Positions 20,531 through 30,012 of a stretch of 36,071 nucleotides of DNA are shown here, piece after piece. The stretch's first letter is position 1. Each line of letters begins with the position of its first letter. Position numbers and translations under genes: made by a program. The stretch is from Deltaproteobacteria bacterium (GTDB taxonomy: Bacteria > Myxococcota > JACRCW01). The DNA lies in assembly GCA_016218805.1 (NCBI GenBank), contig JACRCW010000142.1, positions 1 to 36,071 of the forward strand, written 5' to 3'. Under the pieces are notes generated by a model, which did no database searches, was not told the origin of the DNA, and worked only from the letters and a program-made list of their open reading frames with translations.

Positions 20531-21190
20531 ATGTCTTTGCGCATCGGAGATGAAGCGCCAAACTTCACCGCGCACACCACCGAGGGCCCGATCGAGTTCC
20601 ACACCTGGATTGGAAACAAATGGGCGATCCTGTTCTCGCATCCCAAGGACTTCACCCCGGTGTGCACCACCGAGCTTGGCTACATGGCGCGCATCAAGGC
20701 CGAGTTCGACAAACGGAACACGAAGGTCATCGGCCTCAGCGCGGATTCGGTGGAGGACCACAAGCGGTGGGCCCAGGACATCCAGCGCACGCAGGGCGCG
20801 GCGCCCAACTACCCCATCATTGCGGACTCGGACTTCAAGGTCGCCAAGCTCTACGGCATGCTCCCCGCGGGCGTCAGCGGCGACGCGAAGCTGCGCACGC
20901 CGGCGGAGAACGCCACCGTGCGGGCCGTGTTCGCCATTGGGCCGGACAAGAAGGTCAAGATGATCCTCATGTCCCCTATGACCACCGGCCGCAACTTTGA
21001 CGAGGTCCTGCGCGTGCTGGACTCCATCCAGCTCACCACGCGGTACAAGGTGGCCACGCCGGCCAACTGGAAGCAGGGGGATGACGTCATCATTGCCGGA
21101 TCAGTGAGTGACGAAGAGGCGAGAAAGCAGTTCCCCGGCGGCTGGCAGGCGCCCACGCCGTACCTGCGCATTGTCCACCCGCCGGCGTAG
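20531..21190 (+). CDS. 1-Cys peroxiredoxin (Prx6 family)
   Basis: LFSHPKDFTPVCTTELG, TGRNFDEVLR, VATPANW; AAGGAGG RBS. Confidence 0.95.
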   Translation: MSLRIGDEAPNFTAHTTEGPIEFHTWIGNKWAILFSHPKDFTPVCTTELGYMARIKAEFDKRNTKVIGLSADSVEDHKRWAQDIQRTQGAAPNYPIIADSDFKVAKLYGMLPAGVSGDAKLRTPAENATVRAVFAIGPDKKVKMILMSPMTTGRNFDEVLRVLDSIQLTTRYKVATPANWKQGDDVIIAGSVSDEEARKQFPGGWQAPTPYLRIVHPPA

Positions 21191-21193
21191 GGC

Positions 21194-21514
21194 CTAGAAC
21201 GGCACGTCGTCGCTCGGAATATCGCGACGCGCCAACCACGCTCCATCCAGTTCCACCAGCTGCCTCGGCGCGACACCGAGCGTCCTGACGGCCTGCCCGC
21301 TGGGCTGGTTCGCGTCCACGTAGGTCATCACCAGGCAGCCATCGGGGCCCACTTCGGCAAACCACTCCTCGCATACCGCCCATGCGCGCTCCCGCACGCC
21401 CTTGGTCATGTGCGGCGCCGTATATACGCCCGGTGCGACCTCGAGCATGCAGGACGCGAGGAACCCGCGGAAACGCTCGGGCACGTTGCGCGTGACCACC
21501 ACCGTCATGCTCAT
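21194..21514 (-). CDS. cas2: Type I-E Cas2
   Basis: MTVVVTRNVPERFRGFLASCMLEVAPGVY...VELDG; ATGA overlap with cas1 stop. Confidence 0.93.
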   Translation of the reverse strand: MSMTVVVTRNVPERFRGFLASCMLEVAPGVYTAPHMTKGVRERAWAVCEEWFAEVGPDGCLVMTYVDANQPSGQAVRTLGVAPRQLVELDGAWLARRDIPSDDVPF

Positions 21515-22380
21515 GGCGCCTGCGCCTCCAGTAGCGCCTTGATCCGGTCGATCATTGCCGGAACCACCGCTTCGTCGCGGAGCATCCGGCCCGCGGCCCG
21601 CCGGGCGGTGCGCTCCAGCGGTTCGCGAGCATCCGACTGGTGCTGTTTCACGGCCCGGAACGCCGCGGGCAGCGCCACGGTCTCGCGAAAGAGGTCGGCG
21701 ATGTCCAGGCAGAAGCTGTTGGCGGAATCCTCGTGGATGAAGCCCAACTGCGGAATCGTGGATGTCGCCGCAACAGCAATCATCGCTGCGGACTTGATGG
21801 CGGTGGACGCGTGGTTGAGCGCCTGGTTCACCTTGTCTGCGGCCTCCGGATCTTCGCGGTCGTAGGCGCGACGCGTCCAGTCCACCCCGTGCTCCTGGGC
21901 GAGGCGCTTGTACATCGTCTTCACGCGCGCGCCTTCGATGCCGCGGAGCACCGCAATGTCGGTGGAAGGAAGGACTTCTCCGAGGCGCCACGCGTACATC
22001 CGCCGCGCCAGGGTCACCCGTCTCTCCTTGTCCGCCCACGCCTCCACCTGCCTGCGGGCGAGAGCGGACTCGTCTGAACCGAAGGGCATGGATGCGTAGA
22101 ACCGGACGCCGTCATCGCCAGTGGCCACCAGCCCCGTGCCATGCCGCGCCATCAGGCGGAGTGCGTCGTGACTGACCGTAGTACCCGGGCCCATCAGGAA
22201 ATTGGTGATTGTCTGGAACGGCAACGCGTAGTCACCTGACGGGAGTTGGCCGCCACCCGGCGTCTTGAAGCGGAGGGTGCCGTCTTCCACGTAGAGGTTG
22301 CCGTGGGTCAGCCAGATGCAGCCGTGGCGGTCCGAGTGCGGAATGCGGGCCGTTTCAATCCCCAGCCGCCCCTTCAGCAA
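21511..22380 (-). CDS. cas1: Type I-E Cas1
   Basis: GPGTTVSHDALRL, LRGIEGARVK, NQALNHA, LGFIH....FCLDIADL; TTG start. Confidence 0.95.
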   Translation of the reverse strand: MLKGRLGIETARIPHSDRHGCIWLTHGNLYVEDGTLRFKTPGGGQLPSGDYALPFQTITNFLMGPGTTVSHDALRLMARHGTGLVATGDDGVRFYASMPFGSDESALARRQVEAWADKERRVTLARRMYAWRLGEVLPSTDIAVLRGIEGARVKTMYKRLAQEHGVDWTRRAYDREDPEAADKVNQALNHASTAIKSAAMIAVAATSTIPQLGFIHEDSANSFCLDIADLFRETVALPAAFRAVKQHQSDAREPLERTARRAAGRMLRDEAVVPAMIDRIKALLEAQAP

Positions 22381-23195
22381 GACATCCTCGGGGGAACCGG
22401 CACCAGCATTCCGAACCCGAACGCGCGGTGGCGCCCGACGCCGCGCGTCAGCAACGCACGGAACGCGGCAGAGTCCTTCACCTCAAGCACACCTTCCATG
22501 TGGACGTCCGGCCGCTCCAACCGGTGACCGGGGCGGTTGCCCGCCTTGTCCGGCAACTCGCGCCGGTACAGGCGTTCACCCAGGATGCCGGTCAACTTGA
22601 ATGCCCTGACCGCCACCCCGTCGTGCCAGGGCTCGCGCGCCTGGCCTGGCCTGCTGCCAAGCTGCAACTCGAACCACTTCCGGTACACGTCGTCCTTGGA
22701 GGGGACGGGCTTGCCCATCTCGGTGGCGCGCAGGCGTGCGTGCAGCCAGGCGTCCATCTCGCGGCTGACCTCACGCTCGCGGCCGGTCTTCTTGCTCTTG
22801 TGCGGGGGCCGCGGGTTCTTCCCCTTCATCACGCTCCGCACAATCGGGCACGCGCGCAGCTCGAAGCCAACCAGGTCACCCACCTCAAACGCAGGCACCG
22901 GGCGGGACTTCAACTCGCCCAGGTCAACGAGGTCCACTGTGTCGGGGTTGGCGTACTTGGACGCATGCTCCCGGAGCGAGTCATCCGGCAGCGGACTGTA
23001 CGCCCATACTTCAAGGTGAGACGTGGAGCGCGCCCTCGGGTTCACGCGAAACGGCACCGGCGCGTGGTCCTGCCACACCGCGGCAAGCGCGCCGTGCACG
23101 GCGTACCCGGTGTCCACGTCGCGGCCCTGGCGCTTGGCCAGGGACATCAGGAGGTCCTTGCGGACGCCGAGACGAACCAGGTTGAGCGGCGTCAT
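22374..23195 (-). CDS. cas6e: Type I-E Cas6e (Cse3/CasE)
   Basis: GY.VH N-terminal motif, FELRACP, C-terminal G-loop GVGRHRAFGFGML. Confidence 0.93.
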   Translation of the reverse strand: MTPLNLVRLGVRKDLLMSLAKRQGRDVDTGYAVHGALAAVWQDHAPVPFRVNPRARSTSHLEVWAYSPLPDDSLREHASKYANPDTVDLVDLGELKSRPVPAFEVGDLVGFELRACPIVRSVMKGKNPRPPHKSKKTGREREVSREMDAWLHARLRATEMGKPVPSKDDVYRKWFELQLGSRPGQAREPWHDGVAVRAFKLTGILGERLYRRELPDKAGNRPGHRLERPDVHMEGVLEVKDSAAFRALLTRGVGRHRAFGFGMLVPVPPRMSC

Positions 23196-23485
23196 GGGGC
23201 GCTCCGATGGGTCACGATGCCGCGTGCGCGCAATCCGTCCGCGCAGAACTCGAGGACATCGCCCCAGTTCAGCGAACGCCCTCCGGCTCCAACTGTCGCG
23301 CTCGCGAAGAACTCCGGGGAGGACAGACGCTGGCCGAGGCCACCGATGGCAATGACGGGTTTGAAATCCACGATGACATGGACGCCGTCATCGTAGTCGA
23401 TTCCAACGGTCAGCTCGGCGCCATGGAGTTGCATCGACCTGATGCGGGTGTTCATGGCCGGGAGAGCGATGTTGGATGCACACAT
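23192..23485 (-). CDS. DUF2442-like small protein inside the cas operon
   Basis: YDDG...VDF..VI..GG....L..PEFF....V..GGRSLNWGD.LEFCADGL pattern; own GGAG RBS; stop overlaps cas6e ATG. Confidence 0.78.
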   Translation of the reverse strand: MCASNIALPAMNTRIRSMQLHGAELTVGIDYDDGVHVIVDFKPVIAIGGLGQRLSSPEFFASATVGAGGRSLNWGDVLEFCADGLRARGIVTHRSAP

Positions 23486-23497
23486 GGTCTATCTCCC

Positions 23498-24211
23498 TCA
23501 CGAAGCCGCGGGCTGTTTCAACATCCCGTGTCGCATCATGCGCCGCCCCACGTGGACATGGTTGCGCCAATCGCGCTCGTCAGTGACCGGCACGATCTCG
23601 TTGGGTTCCGGGGCGCCCTCTGCGCCGTCAAACCACCATGCTGGCACGGGCCACCCTGCCCCCGAGCGTTTTGGCATGGGGACCGACGCAAGAGCAGCCA
23701 GGAGGTGGCCGGTAGCCTTGCCGACAATAATTGGCCCGCCGGGCAGGCAGCACTTTCGACCAAGGAACAGAGGGCGCGCCGGGTAGCGGATCGCGTCAGC
23801 GACTTCCGGCGTCGATGGACCACCACCGCCGGTCAGGGTCAGGGCCACCGTGTGCACGGAATCGGCCCAGTAGTCGCGGAACCGCTCGGCCGTCTCGTGC
23901 CTCTTGTCGCGCACCACCGGTCGCCCCCAGGTGGTCCAAGCTTCGGACATGAAGTCCTGTGCCAGGTTCGCGGTCTGGTAATCCGTGATGCGCGTGCCCA
24001 ACACGTCCGCCCTCGATGCGTACTGGATGCGCTCCTGCAGCGCGTCGAGCCGCCCGAACTCGCGGTGGTCCCAGCCCAGCGCGTTGGCGAGCAACCCTGT
24101 CAACATGGAGAGCGCTGGAAACGGCTGGATCACGCCGAACTGGTCGACGGTCGGCGCACCGAAGCTCACCAGGGGCGCGTCAAATCTGAGCAGCAGCACG
24201 TTCCCCATCAT
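23498..24211 (-). CDS. cas5: Type I-E Cas5 (CasD)
   Basis: LLLRFDAPLVSFG, FP..S.LTGLLANALG, DYQT, LFLGRKCC; ATGA overlap with cas7 stop. Confidence 0.94.
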   Translation of the reverse strand: MMGNVLLLRFDAPLVSFGAPTVDQFGVIQPFPALSMLTGLLANALGWDHREFGRLDALQERIQYASRADVLGTRITDYQTANLAQDFMSEAWTTWGRPVVRDKRHETAERFRDYWADSVHTVALTLTGGGGPSTPEVADAIRYPARPLFLGRKCCLPGGPIIVGKATGHLLAALASVPMPKRSGAGWPVPAWWFDGAEGAPEPNEIVPVTDERDWRNHVHVGRRMMRHGMLKQPAAS

Positions 24212-25692
24212 CCATTCCCGGCTTCGCAGGTGACCTGCGCCGCCACCCAATTGGCAAGTTCCCCCATCCCGTGTGCGTTGCCCTTCGGGACGCTGAGACT
24301 GGTCGCAAGGTCACTTGAACGCCGGACCATGAGCGCGCGGCCGCGCGGGGGCTCGAAGTTCGCATCGGAGTCCAGGACCTCCTCCCTCAGCGCCTTGTAT
24401 GTCCGCTCGAGCAGCTCGCCCGCCTTCTCGTCGGGGCGAACGGGCGACAGGAACGCATTGGCAAACGTCCTCGGCTGGGCGTCACCGGCTTCGGCCATCA
24501 GCAAGTGGGCCGCGGCATGTGGCGCCGTGGAGCCGAGCTTGGCACCGGGGGTTACGGTCGCCAGCATGTGAGTGAGGTTGTGCAACACCCGCCCCGCGAG
24601 CGCAGCGTCGCCGCTGAGGTTGTCCACGAGCAGGCGAACGTCCACCGCCACGTACGAATAGAACAGGCCGCTGGTCAGCTCCTGCGCGTTGATGTGATCG
24701 CTCCCGGCGTCGCCGTGTTCGAGGTTGCTCATGGCGCTGAAGTAGTCGCTCTCCGCCTGTTCTCCGTGCACGGTGAACGCGTGCGCGACGTGAATGGCGG
24801 CGTCCCCGCGTGCGAAGAGATCGCCGGTGACCATGCGGCCGAACAGCGCGGCGCTGAGGCCCATGTTGGCATGCGATGACTGCCGGAGGCCCTTCTTGCG
24901 CCTGTCCTCTTGGCCGGGGGCCTTCATCGCCTCCAAGTTCTTGGCGTTATTCTTGTCTTTGAGCCAGCCCAGAAGGCGGTCGGCGGTCTTCTCGGCAGGC
25001 GGCCACTCAGCGGGCTTCTCCTTCCCCCCCTGCGCGAGCTCGCGCGCCAAGCTAAGCAGGAACGTCACTTCGGCGCGCCCCAGGACGACGACCTCGGCGG
25101 TCTTGATTTCGCCGGGGGGCTCGCTCTCGGCCACCACCGGCGCTACGGCCGCCCTTGGCTTTCCACTTGTGCGGGCGGGTTTGTCCGCCACCGACGCTTC
25201 CGGCCCATCCTCAGGCGCTTGTTCCGGGTCGACCTGATAGTCCTCCTTCGTCTCTTCGGGCTCGTCCTTCCCCGTCAGGAGCTTCTGCGCCCGCTTGGTG
25301 CGCTTGTCCGCCCCCTTCTTGGCCGTGTCCGTCCCGACCAAGAGCAACGCCGCAACGTGCGCTGCCGCGTGGCGTGCGTTCTCCAGCGGCGCGCCCTCCG
25401 CGACAAGCGGGTCGACGATCTTCTGCTGGAAGATGAGTCGCGAGCGCAGCGAATCATGCTCGGGCACGGTGTCCGCGTTCGTTCCCTTCAGGCCCTCCAC
25501 GCGCCACAACGAGTGCTCGTCGGCATAGGTCCGCCAGTGCTTCTTCAGGCACTGGGAAGAGATCCTGGTCCGCATCACGCCGCCGAACGGCATCCGCTTG
25601 GCGAAGCCGGCATCGTCGCGGTTCAAGAGGCTCGCCGGGTACGACGTCAGCACGTGGAACTGGATGAAACGCGCCTGCTGGTTCTCGGTCAT
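24208..25692 (-). CDS. cas7: Type I-E Cas7 (Cse4/CasC) with a long charged insertion
   Basis: LLNRDDAG.AKRMPFGG..RTRISSQCLK, ALFGRMV, VAHAFTVH....ESDYF; 494 aa from ATG 25692. Confidence 0.95.
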   Translation of the reverse strand: MTENQQARFIQFHVLTSYPASLLNRDDAGFAKRMPFGGVMRTRISSQCLKKHWRTYADEHSLWRVEGLKGTNADTVPEHDSLRSRLIFQQKIVDPLVAEGAPLENARHAAAHVAALLLVGTDTAKKGADKRTKRAQKLLTGKDEPEETKEDYQVDPEQAPEDGPEASVADKPARTSGKPRAAVAPVVAESEPPGEIKTAEVVVLGRAEVTFLLSLARELAQGGKEKPAEWPPAEKTADRLLGWLKDKNNAKNLEAMKAPGQEDRRKKGLRQSSHANMGLSAALFGRMVTGDLFARGDAAIHVAHAFTVHGEQAESDYFSAMSNLEHGDAGSDHINAQELTSGLFYSYVAVDVRLLVDNLSGDAALAGRVLHNLTHMLATVTPGAKLGSTAPHAAAHLLMAEAGDAQPRTFANAFLSPVRPDEKAGELLERTYKALREEVLDSDANFEPPRGRALMVRRSSDLATSLSVPKGNAHGMGELANWVAAQVTCEAGNG

Positions 25693-26207
25693 CGGGTCCG
25701 CCTCTCCCGAGCCGGCCGCGCCGGCTCCGTATCCAGATTCAAAACCGTTCGGGGCCACGCCACGCCCTCTTGCAGGACCGCCCTCACCGAGCGCGCAGAG
25801 GGGTCAAGATGGACCCCGCCGCTGGCCAACCAGTGAAACGGACCATGCGAATGCGGCCGCCGGGTCAGCGCGTCAAGTTCCGGCGCATCTTTCAGGAGCC
25901 ACGCCTTCAGCCAGCGCACCTTCTGCAGGATCTCGGCGGCATTCGAGGTGCCGGCCGGGTGAACCTCGACCCAGACGGCAACCTCCTTCCGCCCGTCGGC
26001 CACGTAGCCGAACCCGTAGTCCCAGCGTGCCGCGTTGGGCCTGGCCTCCCGCGTCGCGCGATCCAAGTCCAGGCTACCCGTGATCCGTCTCCGTCCGGTG
26101 CGAACGTGGGCGCTGTCCGGCCCGAGCGCCCGCAACCCCGGCTTGGTGCGGTCTCTCACCGAAGGCGTCGCATCCACGGCTTGGACGAACTCGGACGCCA
26201 CGCTCAC
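25689..26207 (-). CDS. Hypothetical ATPase partner, putative PD-(D/E)XK-like nuclease (RWDY...EVH variant)
   Basis: GTGA overlap with ATPase stop and ATGA overlap with cas7 start; SLDLD...RWDYGFGY.....VWVEVHPA...KVRWLK. Confidence 0.65.
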   Translation of the reverse strand: MSVASEFVQAVDATPSVRDRTKPGLRALGPDSAHVRTGRRRITGSLDLDRATREARPNAARWDYGFGYVADGRKEVAVWVEVHPAGTSNAAEILQKVRWLKAWLLKDAPELDALTRRPHSHGPFHWLASGGVHLDPSARSVRAVLQEGVAWPRTVLNLDTEPARPARERRTR

Positions 26208-27349
26208 GCCCCCTGCCGCCACGCGCGGGCCGCCACGCGGGAAACCACATCGCTGGTGCTGGAGGCGAACCCAGTCAGGCCGCCCCAGGTGCCCTCCCGT
26301 TCGTCGATGGCACCGGGGTCCAGCGCTGAGATGTCCTGGACGTGTCCATCCTGACCGAAGTGGTGAACGCGGATGTCCAGTTCCAGCATGCGCTGGGCGG
26401 CCGGCGTCATTCCGGCCGCGGCGGGTTCATCAAACAACGCCAGCACGTCCCTCGCCACGCCACCCTTCTGACGAAACACGTGTACCGCCCAGAGGAGGTC
26501 CACCACCGTCGACGAATGGGTGGAAAGACAAACGCGGTACCCGCGGTTCAACAACTCAAGCAGCAGCACCAGGCAGGTCGTGATGCCCCTCGGGTGCAAG
26601 CCCGCCTCCAACTCCTCGAGCACCACCCAGCTCACGTCATCCAGACGGCGCTTCTTCTTGCTGGGCAGCAACTCCAGGAGCGCGAGCAGCATCGGAACAA
26701 ACTCGCGCTGCCCAGTGGACCAAGCCGTCACGGGCAACCCGGGCGCCCCGGCGCGCCCAAGCATCAGGCGCTTGCGGCCATTGCGCTCCACGTTCAGCGA
26801 AAAGCCGCCAAAGATCTCCCGCGACAGCGCCTTCCTCACCGGCTCCTTGAGGCGCTGCTCCCGCGGGAACAGGACATCCCCGGCACGCGCGAGTTGCTCC
26901 GCCACCACCCGCACGCGCTCGCTGAACTCGCGCAGCACGTACGGATCACCCGCGCTGAACTCGCCGAACGGCTTAGGCCAGCCCTGCGTCAGTGACAGGA
27001 CCCGCTGCGCTGGGACGTAATAGACGGACGCTGCTTCGCTACCCTTTCGACGCCGCGCCAGGCTGCGCGGACCGTGCTTGCGCCCATCCCAGCCCACGCG
27101 GGTCGCCCGGGTGAAGAGTTGGTGCATGCCCTCGCCGAAGTAGAGGTCCATCAGGCCGGGACCCGCAGCGTCCCACTCGAACCCGTAGCGACCGAGCATT
27201 TGCTGGACGGCCCCCGTGTCGACGAGAAGCTTCATCAACTGCAGCGTCACGCTCTTCCCCGTGGCCTGTGGCCCCACGAACACCGTGAGGTCACCAAAGC
27301 GGATGTCCGCCTGCTTCACCGGGCCGAAGTTGCGGAGTGCGAATCTCAT
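26204..27349 (-). CDS. Soluble ABC-family ATPase (AAA_15/AAA_21-like, defence type)
   Basis: LRNFGPV, Walker A GPQATGKS, YVPAQR, signature STGQRE, Walker B LEELEAGLHP, STHS. Confidence 0.9.
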   Translation of the reverse strand: MRFALRNFGPVKQADIRFGDLTVFVGPQATGKSVTLQLMKLLVDTGAVQQMLGRYGFEWDAAGPGLMDLYFGEGMHQLFTRATRVGWDGRKHGPRSLARRRKGSEAASVYYVPAQRVLSLTQGWPKPFGEFSAGDPYVLREFSERVRVVAEQLARAGDVLFPREQRLKEPVRKALSREIFGGFSLNVERNGRKRLMLGRAGAPGLPVTAWSTGQREFVPMLLALLELLPSKKKRRLDDVSWVVLEELEAGLHPRGITTCLVLLLELLNRGYRVCLSTHSSTVVDLLWAVHVFRQKGGVARDVLALFDEPAAAGMTPAAQRMLELDIRVHHFGQDGHVQDISALDPGAIDEREGTWGGLTGFASSTSDVVSRVAARAWRQGA

Positions 27350-27861
27350 GACACCTTCTTCTCCGGCTTGCTGAAATAGCCGCGCGCCAGCGCCCGGCGC
27401 ACGCCGTCCGCTCCCTCCGTGTCCGCGGTGAGGATGAGGGAAGCGGCCCAACTCCAGTCCACCGCCTGCCCCTTGACCTTGAGATACCGCGCAAGCCGGG
27501 GCAGCTCATCCAGCAACTGGTCCCGGTTCATGCGCATCAACCGGACGAACCGCGCCTCCGAGTAGCGCACCTCCGCGAGCACCCGCCCAAGCCCGGCGCC
27601 TCGCCGATGAAGACTGCGCAAGTGCGCCAGCCCGGCAAGGATCGCCGCCCAGCGCTCTTCGTGGTCCGTGCGCGCTGGGTCAGAGGATGGAAGCAGGTCG
27701 TCCAGGTACAGCGCCACCGCCTTGAAGAACGCGGGACCGGGTGCAGCTTTCGCACGCATCCGTCTCAACTCCGCCAACTCGCCCGGCCCGAAGGGGCCGT
27801 GCTGCCCCATCGCAGCTCCGAGTCGGTGCACCGCGGTTGTGGACGCTGATTCGCCGCTCAT
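27346..27861 (-). CDS. cse2: Type I-E small subunit Cas11 (Cse2/CasB)
   Basis: PGELAELRRM, LGRVL....YSEARFVRL, VDW, ALARGYF; directly after cas8e. Confidence 0.88.
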   Translation of the reverse strand: MSGESASTTAVHRLGAAMGQHGPFGPGELAELRRMRAKAAPGPAFFKAVALYLDDLLPSSDPARTDHEERWAAILAGLAHLRSLHRRGAGLGRVLAEVRYSEARFVRLMRMNRDQLLDELPRLARYLKVKGQAVDWSWAASLILTADTEGADGVRRALARGYFSKPEKKVS

Positions 27862-29387
27862 GGGTGCACCTCCTCGAAAGCGCTGTTTCGCTTCTCGCGT
27901 TCAGCGAAGTAGTCCTTCAGCTTGGCCTGCGCGCGCGACTCGAAAACGCCGCGCGCCTTTGCCGCCGCCCTGAGACGGCGGGCGTCTGGTATTGGCATTC
28001 CGTGCTCGGCGGCATCGAGAATGGCCTCGGCGAGGTGATAGAGGCGCTTCTGCCAGGCGACGTTTCGTTCCCGCTCAGGAAGTTCAAACTCCTGCCAGAG
28101 CGCCTCGAAGAAGATGGGATCCACCGCGCGGTCCAGCCCCTGGTAATACGTGTCCGGGACGGACCCGCCGCATGCGAGTGCCTTCAGCGCGGGCCGCAGG
28201 ACGTCCTTCGACACCAGGTCCACCAACTTGATCCTCTTGTTGGCCGTCTCCGACAGCGACTCGCGCTGCTCCGCGAACAGCCGGCGTTTGCGGGCGTCCA
28301 ACCGAATCCGACGCTCGTGGAGTCCTTCAGTCCTCCCATCGCCGCGGGTCAAGGCTGCCCCCAACCAGATCATTTCGGGGGCGTCCCATGGCTGGACGGT
28401 CGCGGCCGCTGACGGAACCCAATCCGAACCCCACAACAAGGCCGAAGTCATCTGGTAAGTGAATCCTTTGTAGGCGATGCACAGTGCCTTTCCGTCCTTC
28501 CGCGCCACGGGGATCCACGGGTCACCGACGTTCCCCTTGGCAGCGTTCGCATCGAGGCGCTTCGCTGCGGTCGGAGTGAACCGCACGACCAAACCTCCGT
28601 CCCAGGCGACCCGAACACGTCGGCACACCTCAAGAAAGTGCGGCGCGCACTCCGACAGGTTGCTGCTGTGCTCCCCGTCCCAGGGTTCCAGCCAGAGCAG
28701 GCGTGTCCCCATCATCGCCATTCGCGCCTGACGTGCCAGGTCATCGAAACCCGCCAGCATCACGCGCACATCGCGCACGAAGAAGTCAGATGGGCTTGGG
28801 CCGGGCGCCATCGCGACCCGCGGCCGGTTGGCGGAACCCCCATTCATTCTTGCGATGCCATAGAGCCTGGAACCGGAGTAGCCCTGCATCGTCTGCAACG
28901 TCATCAGTGCAAGGACCCACGCCTCGATTTCGCCCGGAGCCACCGTCCCTTCCTTGAGATCATGGCCCTTGGCCGAAACCAGCATGTCCAGCTCGTCGGG
29001 CGTCAGCTTCTGTTCGAACCCGGTCAGGCTCCCTTCCAACACCGGCGGCTGCAGGAACGCCGGCTTCGTCAGGTCATCCACCACCAGGCACCACGGCTCC
29101 ACCGCGCCGTCCGTCAGTCCGATGATGAGGTCGCGCCATGCTCCCTCAACCTGCTTGACGTCCGTCTTCCCCGCCTTCTGAAGCGCCAGCGCCGCCAACT
29201 GCGCGAGGAACATGCACCACGGGTGGTACTGGTGCGCGCGAACCTTCGGAAAGTCGACGACGTCGCCCGCCCCCAGTGCGGCGAGCAGCCCCGGCATGGT
29301 CGCTGCGTGACGGACGCGGGCGCCGTCCCGCCAATGGAGCAGTGGTTCATCGAGAAGGTTGAACCGGCACCGGTCAGGCGTCGCCAT
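27858..29387 (-). CDS. cse1: Type I-E large subunit Cas8e (Cse1/CasA)
   Basis: FNLLDEP N-terminus, RAHQ, PAFLQPP, YGIARMNGG, DPW; 509 aa; position in operon. Confidence 0.88.
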   Translation of the reverse strand: MATPDRCRFNLLDEPLLHWRDGARVRHAATMPGLLAALGAGDVVDFPKVRAHQYHPWCMFLAQLAALALQKAGKTDVKQVEGAWRDLIIGLTDGAVEPWCLVVDDLTKPAFLQPPVLEGSLTGFEQKLTPDELDMLVSAKGHDLKEGTVAPGEIEAWVLALMTLQTMQGYSGSRLYGIARMNGGSANRPRVAMAPGPSPSDFFVRDVRVMLAGFDDLARQARMAMMGTRLLWLEPWDGEHSSNLSECAPHFLEVCRRVRVAWDGGLVVRFTPTAAKRLDANAAKGNVGDPWIPVARKDGKALCIAYKGFTYQMTSALLWGSDWVPSAAATVQPWDAPEMIWLGAALTRGDGRTEGLHERRIRLDARKRRLFAEQRESLSETANKRIKLVDLVSKDVLRPALKALACGGSVPDTYYQGLDRAVDPIFFEALWQEFELPERERNVAWQKRLYHLAEAILDAAEHGMPIPDARRLRAAAKARGVFESRAQAKLKDYFAEREKRNSAFEEVHP

Positions 29388-30012
29388 CGGGCAAATCCTT
29401 GTTGGGTGTCATGCCGGCGCTCCAAAGGAGCGCCCGGAAGGACTGCTCAAGGCGGTTGCGGTCGGCGTTGCTGAACTGTGCGGCGGCGCGGGTCACTTCG
29501 CGCCCGCCGACAACGTCGACCTTGACGGTCGGCTCGCTCCTGCTCCGCATCCGGGAGAACAGCGCCACCTGGACGACGGCGTGCTCCTTTGCCGGCATCA
29601 CCTCCAGCACGTCGTCTCCATCCCGCCATTGGTCGTGGTGGGTGTCACCGTGCGCGGGTTTCCCGCCCGCACGCCCGTATGGATGAAAGTGCCTAATCAT
29701 AGAGTCGAGTTGTTCCTCGGCGTCTCGAGCCTTGCCTTTCTTCCCCTTTCTTGGATCATCCGTGCCCTTCAACTCCACAAACACGACGTGGCTGACGCCA
29801 TCCAACTCACCGATGAGAACGCTCTCCGGGACCCGGACTCCGGGGCCCCACTTCACATGTTTCGCGTCGTCCAGCTGATACGCCACGAGGGGCTCGTCGT
29901 GCGTGACCACGAGAACCTGCTCGGTCCGGCCCCCGCGCACTTCCACGGCATACCTCGCCCTCGTCCGGGTTCGGCCGGGCTGGGGCCTCCTGAGTTCCGC
30001 CAGCCTATCCAT
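29374..30012 (-). CDS. Hypothetical ATPase partner, putative PD-(D/E)XK nuclease
   Basis: PES...VVFVELKG......A.EQL fits a PE...ExK core with downstream Q helix; overlaps both neighbouring genes. Confidence 0.65.
   Translation of the reverse strand: MDRLAELRRPQPGRTRTRARYAVEVRGGRTEQVLVVTHDEPLVAYQLDDAKHVKWGPGVRVPESVLIGELDGVSHVVFVELKGTDDPRKGKKGKARDAEEQLDSMIRHFHPYGRAGGKPAHGDTHHDQWRDGDDVLEVMPAKEHAVVQVALFSRMRSRSEPTVKVDVVGGREVTRAAAQFSNADRNRLEQSFRALLWSAGMTPNKDLPDGDA

Noticed and set aside
21194..22039. 281-aa extended Cas2
   Set aside because: The extension overlaps cas1 out of frame; the true start is the ATG at 21514 coupled to the cas1 stop
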